Below, piece by piece: positions 55,361-64,000 of a stretch of 64,000 bases of DNA (positions within the stretch are counted from its first letter, which is position 1; each line of letters starts with the position of its first letter). Both the position numbers and the translations under genes were made by a program. The stretch comes from the human T2T-CHM13v2.0 reference genome, Homo sapiens. Location: the NCBI RefSeq assembly GCF_009914755.1, contig NC_060941.1. One strand, given 5' to 3'. A model generated the notes under the pieces. The model saw only the letters and a list, made by a program, of their open reading frames with translations. It did not search any database and was not told where the DNA came from.

Positions 55361-55799
55361 ACATATACCACTACAGAGGATGCTGTTAGAATGAAATCTC
55401 TTTACACATCTCTGATCATCTCCTTAGGACTAATTGCTAGACATGACATCATGGTAGCTGTGGGTCAAAGGGCATGCACGCTCTGGGATGTACATTGCCA
55501 GATTGCTCATGATCAGCCTTTCTCATGTCAAAATGTTTTGTGACCACCAGAAGGCTGGTTCTGCTTTTATTATCCATTGACTGAGGAGTAGAAATGACAT
55601 GGCATGTATGCAGGATATTTAACCATCGTATAGATAATCCTTGTGCACAAGTGCATTCTATATTCTTTCCCAATAGGTCTACATCTGCCAGAGTTGAAAT
55701 AAAATAAAACAAAACAAACCTATTTAGCACCTTCTGTGTAGCAGGTCCATTCATGTATGTTGTTGTATTTCATTCTCAGAATTCTTATGACCTAGGCAT

Positions 55800-57214
55800 T
55801 TTAAACATTTTTTTAAAAATATTGAGTTGACAAGGATTGTGTATATTTAATGCATACAATGTGATGATTTCATATATGTATATATTGTGTACTAATTATC
55901 ACAATCAAATTTATTACATCCATTACCACCTATGCTGTACATTAAATCTCCAGAATTTGTTCATCTTATAACTGAAAGTTTACACCCTTTGATTAATAGC
56001 TTCCCATTTTCCCCACCTCCAGCCCTTGGCAACCACCATTCTACTATCTGTTTTTATGAGTTTGACTCTCTTAGATCCCACATATAAGTGAGATCATACA
56101 AAACTTGTCTTTCGGTGTCTGGCTTATTTCACTTAGCGTAATGTCCTCCAGGTTTATCCAGGACAGGAGTTTCTTCTTTTGAATGGCTAATAGTCCATTG
56201 TTTATATGTATTTTATTTATCCATTCATCTGTTGCTGGACACTTAGGCTGTTTCCATATCTTGGGTATTGTGAATAGTGTTGTAATAAACATGGGGCGCA
56301 GATCTCTCTTCAAGGTTCTAACCTGATTGCTGAATCGTATGGTAGTTCTGCTTCTAATTTTTTGAGGAACCTCCATACTGTTTTCTGTAAAGGTTATACC
56401 ACTTTACATTCCAACCAACAGTGTACAAGGGTTCTCTTTCCTCTATGCTTTCGCCAACACTTGTTATCTCTTGTCGTTTTTTTATAAGAGCCATCCTATC
56501 CTATGAGGCAATATCTCACTGTGGTTTTGATTTGCATTTCTCTGATGATTAGTGGTGTTGAGCACCTTTTCATATGCTGGCTGGCCATTTGTATATCTTC
56601 CTTGGGGAAAAAAGTCCATTGGGGTCCTTTGCCTATTTTTAATTGCGTTATTCATGTATTTATTAATTTTTGCTATTGAATTGTGTGAATTCCTTATATT
56701 TTTTCAAATAACCCCTTATCAAATATATGGGTCGCAAATATTTTCTTCCATCCCGTAGGTTGCCTTTTCATTTTGTCATGGTTTCCTTTGCTGTGTAAAA
56801 CCTTTTAAGATTGATGTAGTCCCATTTATTTATTTTCACTTTTGTTGCCTGTGCTTTGGTGTTACATCAAAAAAAATATTGCCAATTATGACCAATGTCG
56901 AGGAGATTTTTCCCTATGTTTACTTCCAGGATTTACATGGTTTCAGATATTACATTTAAATCTTTAATCCACTTTGAGCTAATTTTCTGTATATGATGTA
57001 AAACAAGTGTGCAATTTCATTCTTTTTCATGCACTTTCCCCAACACCATTCATTGAAGAGAGTTTCCTTTCTACATTGCGCCTTTTTTTTTTTTTACAGT
57101 ACAGTGAAAGCAAGTCTATTAAGAAAGTAAAGGAATAAAAGAATCTACATTGTATATCCTTGATGGCCTTGTCAAAGATCTGTTGACCATATATGCACGG
57201 GGTTATTTCTGGGT
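55800..57214 (-). mobile_element. L1M (L1MA-like) 3' fragment
   Basis: ORF 56071..56376 (-) contains the L1 ORF2 C-terminal motif PKIWKQPKCP..DEWINK. Confidence 0.82.
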
Positions 57215-57229
57215 GAGCTTGGCATTTTT

Positions 57230-57537
<308 letters not shown>

Positions 57538-57620
57538 GAGCTTGGCATTTTTATCTACCTCATTCTACCGATGAGGAGGCCGAGTCTCAGAGAGTTCACA
57601 GACCTGCCTAAGGTCACTCA

Positions 57621-58807
57621 GCTAGAGGTGATACAACCAGGGTTTGAACTGAGATCTGCCAAGCTTCTGAGTTTATTCTTTTTCCCCCACACCAAGGATC
57701 CTCAATTCTGCCTTACTGACATCAGGATCCGGTCAATTCTTTGTGATGGGGGCTGTCCTGCACCTGGCAGGATGTTTAGCAGCTTCTCTGGCCTCCACCC
57801 ACTGGATGCCAGGGGAATGCAGAAGAGGCTTGTTCATTCTCCCATTTAATCCTCAGGACAATATCTGACATAAATGTTACGTCTTTTATTTTATAAATGA
57901 AGAAAATGAGACTCAGAAAGGTTTAAGTGAGTTACTTAAGAACACACAGACAGCAAGAGGTAGAACTGGAAACCGAACACAGGTGTCCACATGGGACAAC
58001 AAAAAAGTTCACGTTCCATCTTCTTTTGAGTCTCTCATTTCAATAATTACCATTGTGTGGATATGAGCTGAAGTACAGGAAACCTGGGGCTGAACTCTCC
58101 TCCCATCAGGCCTAGGAGCCCCAGACCAGAACCCCAGCCCAAGGTCTCCCAGTCAGGCCCGCTGGCGTGAGCTGGCATCTACACTAGCATGGTCTCCCAA
58201 AGCTGCAGGGATGCCAGTCTCGCCGCTGATGAAGAAAATGAAGGGCATTTGCTTCTCATGCAGGCTGTCGGGATTTAACACAGATTCCTTTTCTTGCTCT
58301 CTTCTCCCATAGCACAAAACTGGGTGGTCCATCCCCCTCCCAGTGTCCCAAGGCTTTGTTGCGTGTTCTCTTTAATTTCTCCCACTCTTGCGGTGTACCC
58401 TACCCTCATCTCCCTGGCAACCTTTCTGCTGTATCCTCTCGACACCTGGATCACAAGAACACTTGTGAGACCCCTTAACAAGTTACATCCCAAATTATCA
58501 TTCCCCTTTGTCCTCAGCCAGTGCTCAGGTCCAACTTGCTCTCCTGGGGTGACTTTCTTTCCTGCCCAATATGGTTTCATCATCTGTAAATTGGGGATAA
58601 TTAAAGTCTTGATCCTGATATTTGACTCTCAAAGCAGAAGTAGCAAGCTCAGCCAAGTCACTTCAACAAGAGGAGAAGTTCCTTGTGAACCAAAAGGGCA
58701 CTGGTCACAAGGGCCGCTCCTTCTTCTGTCAGGCCTCTCCAGCACGCCCTTGGCTCAGCCAAAGAAGAGACTCAGGCTGTGCTTCTGCACTGTTGGGATA
58801 ACATAGG
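57621..58807 (+). repeat. ~1.18 kb direct repeat, copy 2 (pairs with 22963-24143)
   Basis: Colinear match with offset about 34,660. Confidence 0.92.
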
Positions 58808-58907
58808 CCTCTTCCATGTGGTTCCACACCAGGAACATGGGGACAATCAGACCTCTCCCAGTGTGGGCATAAGGATACAAGATCATGTCAATATTGACAT
58901 TCATAAT

Positions 58908-59210
58908 GGCTGGGCGCAGTGGCACACGCCTGTAATGCCAGCACTTTGGGAGGCTGAGGTGGGCAGATTGCTTGAACCCCAGAGTTCGAAACCAGCCTGG
59001 GCGACTTGGCAAAACCAGTCTCTACTGAAAATACAAACAATTGGCTGGGCTTGGTGGCGCACACCTGTAGTCTCAGCTACTTGGGAGGCTGAGGTGGGAG
59101 GATTGCTCAAACCCAGGGAGGTTGAGGCTTCAGTGAGCTATGATGGCACTGCTGTACTCCAACCTGGGCAACAGAGTGAGGCCCTGTCTCAAAACAAAAA
59201 CAAAGACAAA
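58908..59210 (+). mobile_element. AluJ-like element
   Basis: Alu consensus. Confidence 0.82.
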
Positions 59211-59426
59211 ACAACATTCATAATAGTAGCAATAGCTACTATGTGCCAAGCCCAGGCACCTCTTCGAGTCTTTGCTGTCACCCTATCAGGTAAGCGTGCT
59301 TAGAAGTTACACGAAGCACACGGCTCAGTGTTTGGCCCACGGTAAGGGCCTAAAAAGGGATAGCCCCAGTGGTGGGGATGCTGCTGCTGCTGACCATTAA
59401 CCCCAGTCTGCTCCACCTTCTTCCAG

Positions 59427-59558
59427 GCAGTCTGTGAGATGTTTCATGTCCGAGGCAAACAGCACATTCAGATCCCCAAGCTCTACACCTCCAGTGTGAC
59501 CAGGCACCTGCACCACTTCAGGCTCATGCAGGACTCACAGCCTTTGGACCTCAGCTAA
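59427..59558 (+). pseudogene. Terminal-exon-like fragment of an unrecognised gene: [43 protein letters not shown]-stop
   Basis: Pyrimidine tract and CAG acceptor 59425-59426; 43 open codons to TAA; second copy on - at 60360-60469. Confidence 0.55.
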
Positions 59559-60469
59559 AGGACTTGCTTCTCTTCAGCACACGGGGCTTGTTTGTGTTGG
59601 GGTCTGAGCCCTGAGCCCATGGTCAAGGAGACCCCCAGGTCTTTCTGAACAGAGACAGCTGGCCTGGGGGCCTCCCTCTCACTGCGTGCAAGAGGCTGTT
59701 AGGGTGCAAGACTCAAGGCGCTGAGGGAGGCTGTTTCAGGAGGGAGCCCCAGGAGGGTGGTGGAGACAGAAGGGGGCAGCATCTGCCGAGGCCCTACTGT
59801 GTGCCTGGCACCGTGTGGGGTTTCTGGCCCATATGGGCTAAGTGACCCTGCACACTCCTCTTAGGAGAGAGGCTCAGATGGAGAAATTGCAGTTCAGGAA
59901 GGTGAAGCAAGCTGCTAGCCTGTGGCCATGTTGGGATCTGGGCCTCAGCCTTCCAGCCACGAAGGCAGCCAAGTGTCATGAAGAAGGCATCACAGAGGCA
60001 ATTCCAGGCTGTAGTGGTGAACTTTCCACTCTGCATCCCCGGGTGCTGTGCCCTGTGCCCTGTCTAAGGTAGCCCTGTGGGTTTCTATATGTTTAAATTG
60101 TCCCCAGCATCAATGATGCTCTCCTGTGGATCCCAAGCCATGGAGATGTCCTGGGACTTTTCATTTTTAGGTACCTAAATTGAATTTCCCAACACACAGA
60201 AGCAAGACAGCCGCCCTAACAGACTCTTGCATGCAGTGAGAGGGAGGCCGCCAGGCCAGCTGTCTCTGTTCAGAAAGACCTGGGGGTCTCCTTGACCATG
60301 CGCTCAGGGCTCAGACCCCAACACAAACAAGCCCCGTGTGCTGAAGAGAAGCAGGTCCCTTAGCTGAGGTCCAAAGGCTGTGGGTCCTGCATGAGCCTGA
60401 AGTGGTGCACGTCCCTGGTCACATTGGAGGTGGAGAGCTTGGGGATCTGAATGTGCTGTTTGCCTTGGA
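59449..60469. repeat. 256-bp inverted repeat (59449-59704 / 60214-60469) with a 509-bp spacer
   Basis: Mirror coordinates sum to 119918; more than 90% identity by eye. Confidence 0.92.
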
Positions 60470-63090
60470 TCTTTATTTGTGATTCAGAAACAGTGGAATA
60501 AAAGGAAAGGAAAGAAAACCTGAATGGCCACCTCAGCAGGATGCTCCAAGGGTAGTGTCCAGGTGGCACTGACTCAGATATGTGGGGGCTTCCCCCACCC
60601 ATGCTCAAGAGCCACTTTGCCATTTCACCATCTCTCTGTCCTCCACACCCCTCAGCAGCAAGCACAACAAGAATGTGTTCACCATGAAGCTCAAATCTCA
60701 GCAGAATCTAGAGTCTGAAATCCAAGTAAGGGAAAGTGTAGAGCTTCTTGGATGATGCCCTGTCAATTTTATTTTAACGAATGAAAGACCAGAAGAAGTC
60801 AGTCTTGAAAGGAGAGGACAGGAGCATCTGCTGGCATTAGCAGCCGTGCCATCGTAGGACCGACTCACCTGGACCCGCGGCCACCTGTGCTTTTACATCT
60901 AGTCTTGGTTAACCATGGGCCACTTTTCCAGCTTGGAAACTAAGCATATGCTCCACTTCCTCTCCTTCCTCATTGAACTCTTTCACTAAAAGAACAGTGC
61001 AAGAGAGACTTAAACTGTTTGCCTCATTCTTAAGACCTTTCAGGAAAAGTGTTGGCAGGGAAGGAAATCTCCCAGCTCTGGGAAACAGTCTTGTGGATTA
61101 TCTGCTGGTTTCATTGATCTGTGCTGTCCTCCCTGCATTCATTAGGAAAACTGGCCTTGGTTCAAATAAGAACAGGATTTGTCCTGGTGACAGAGAAAGG
61201 TTTCTTCTGATGTCCATATATCTCCGAGGGGGATGCTTTCTCCAGGCAGAGGCTGTGGCCAAGCGATCGGGGGGCTCAGAGGGCTGCTGGGAAGGGGTGG
61301 GCCCCTCTCTCCCCAGAGGGAAACTCCTGGGGACCTCTCGAGCACCCCTGCCCATCCTTTAAACATAAATTCATAAATACAAACAAGTAGGCCATTCACA
61401 GAAATATATAAAATATGTCATAGGACGGGTGGCACTCTCATATGGCAATAATTATGACAGGGGCCGGCAAATGACCTGAGTGACCCGGAGTGACCTGAGC
61501 ACTGACTCCCAAATGCCCTCCATAGGATGTTCTGCATCCCCGAGACCCTTTCCTGGGTCCTCCTGGGCCCTACCACCCCCTAGACCATCCAGACCTCAGG
61601 TCATCCCCCTGTCTGTTGACAGAGTAGTCTCCGTTCCTGAATGTGCTGGTCACCAGCAACAGCAGCTGCTCCTCCTCCGGGAAGCTCAGCCTATACTTCT
61701 ACATGCAGAGAACCTGGACGGCACCCAGGTGGACCTAAGCCTTCAGCTCCCAGTAGACGCTCTGGGTTTCCTACCCTGCCCAGACACTCTGGGCTTCCCC
61801 CCACACCTCCCCTCGTCCGGGGCTCCTGTGTGCATCTGTCTCTCCCAGTGCCCAGCACAGGCGTGGAACGGAAGAGGTGAATGGACCGATTTGAACACAT
61901 CATCCTGGATTCTCCGTTCCCTCTCAAGCCCTGCAGCTAACCCATCGGCAAGCCCTGGAGGCTCTGCCTCCAAAATCCTGCCTATCCCATGTGCAAACGC
62001 CTCTCACCACGTCCACTGCTATTTGCAGTTCTGTGTGTGTGGAAATACTTCCACAAATTTGGAATGAACAGGTCACAGCTGTGCCTGGAGGGAATGGCCA
62101 GGGAAATGTGCCCTCGCCTTGCTGTTCTATCCAGGCCCACCCAGCTGAGGATGGGGGACCTGCCACCACTCTCCTGGCAGTTCCGGACTCCTGGGAACCG
62201 GCAGGTGAGGACCCAAGAGTGTTTTCAGTGACCCGGCTGACCTGGTCATCCGTCAGTCCCACCTTGGCCTAGGCCTCTATACAGCACAGATCACAGCTCA
62301 TTCCATCCTGGCATTACACTGGCCTGTGCCCTGTCCTCAGGGTCACATCCGTCTCCCAGAAGCCGTGCAACCCTGGAAAACCCAGGTCTAACAGTCAGGT
62401 TCCTCCTCCGTGCATTAACAATGGCGTTGACGCCTGCTTTGCGGGACGCTGGGAGGGGAGAGGGAGGTGTATGCTGGAGAGCTCCCCAGGGGCAAGGCCT
62501 GGCTCTGCGTCACCCACTGTCAGATCCTGAGAGCCTGGGGCTGGCCCAGCACGTGGCCACCGTTCCCTAAGAGTTGGATTTCATCCCTCAGTGCTGAAGG
62601 CAGGGGATAGAGCTTAGACAGACCCCCTGCGTCCTGTCTTCTTTATCTACAGCTTTCTCATCCTTGCCCCTTTCACGTGCACCCGGCAGAGCAGGTGTTC
62701 ACTGAGCTTGAGCAAAATTCAAGCTAGAGCAGCTGATGGATCTTGAGGCCTAGATTCACTGTCAAAGTGTTTCTCAAACGGTGCTCTCCAGAACACCAAG
62801 GAAAACTCATTGACTGTGTAAGTCTGAAAATCCCTGCCCACCGGTCTACCTTTGTGTATGAGCAATCAGCTCTACCATTCAGCCCAGGTGTGTGTTTGCT
62901 GGACCATGTGGAGGAAGCTGAAGAGACGTGAGCTGAAGGCAGAGGGTGAGTCCAAGGTGGGATCTTGGGACAGGTACGAGAAGTTAGGCAAAAATGGGAT
63001 AATTCTAGCCTTCATAACCTTAGATAATAGTTCACATTATTATTTAGTTAATAGAACTGTACCCACATTAAATTTCTTAAATTTTTTTAA

Positions 63091-63273
<183 letters not shown>

Positions 63274-63510
63274 TAGGTTTCCCAGGCTGGTCTCAGACTT
63301 CTAGACTCAAGTGAACCTGAACCTCCCGCCTCGACCTCTCAAATTGCTGGGATTACAGGTGTGAGCCACCACACCCGGCCTAAATTTCTTATGTGCCATG
63401 GGACTGCAAAACATCATTATTAGGGGCAGCTGGATGGAAGGTATAGGAGGATACTATAGTGCCTTTTCAATATTTCTGTCTAAAATCTAAAATCATTTCA
63501 ACAGGAAACA

Positions 63511-63516
63511 TTTATT
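63511..63516 (-). terminator. Polyadenylation signal of the right TBC1D3
   Basis: TTTATT, mirror of 20696-20701. Confidence 0.8.
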
Positions 63517-63807
63517 TCAAAACATGAAGGTGGTTATCCTTCCATGAGTTTGAAGTACAAAGGCAGGCTCACGGTGTCGTCAGAATTCAGAACGATGGTC
63601 GTGGGGCTGGGGGTGCTGGGAGGGGCTGGGCATGGTTGGCTTTGTGATCTGGGGTCTGGTGTGTTCCATCTCTGAATCTCTCTCGAGCTGCACTCTTTCT
63701 TAATACATTTTCATAAGTTTAACCAAAAATAAAACGAGGATGCGAAGCTTGCTTGGGTTGTTAAGCCTAGGGAAATTATCCAGCCATGAGCCCTGGCCCA
63801 GATGCTT

Positions 63808-64000
63808 CTAGAAGCCTGGAGGGAACTGAGAACTTTCCAAGTGGAGGCCGCAGAGGCAAGGCCCTGAGGTGGGAGCACACTGCTGTTCGTCCCTAGCTCT
63901 GAAGGGGGTGCCCTGGTCGGAATCAGTGCTGGGTGCAGCGAAAGCCGATCTCACCCGCTCCGCAGGGTGTTCAGCCTGCCAGCAGGGGGCCAGCTGGTCC
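63808..64000 (-). CDS. TBC1D3H: 3' end of a second TBC1D3 paralog, last exon partial (probably TBC1D3H; letter inferred)
   Basis: Reverse strand reads [66 protein letters not shown] (cta 63808-63810). Confidence 0.93.

Overview
Human genomic DNA (an AluYb8 is present) from the chromosome 17q12 TBC1D3 segmental-duplication cluster. From left to right: (1) six intron-flanked exons of a truncated NPEPPS (puromycin-sensitive aminopeptidase) duplicate on + (20-6497). (2) A complete TBC1D3 paralog on +, with 13 coding exons (11351-20404) that I assembled into 1650 nt = 549 aa + stop, plus a 5' non-coding exon and a polyA signal. (3) A ~38.6 kb Alu/L1-dense mosaic spacer carrying orphan exons of RPS6KB1 (-) and YWHAE (+), an unrecognised terminal exon ending in PLDLS that is present as an inverted pair, a 5S rRNA fragment and a 1.2 kb older direct repeat. 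(4) The 3' end of a second TBC1D3 on -, forming a near-identical inverted repeat (20212-22784 vs 61428-64000). The convergent layout fits my recollection of TBC1D3G/TBC1D3H, but the paralog letters are inference. The main hypothesis is that an internal phase-0 splice donor in the TBC1D3 last exon faces phase-0 orphan exons on both strands of an invertible spacer. There is no transcript evidence in the window, and most long ORFs in the supplied track are Alu or GC-rich artefacts.
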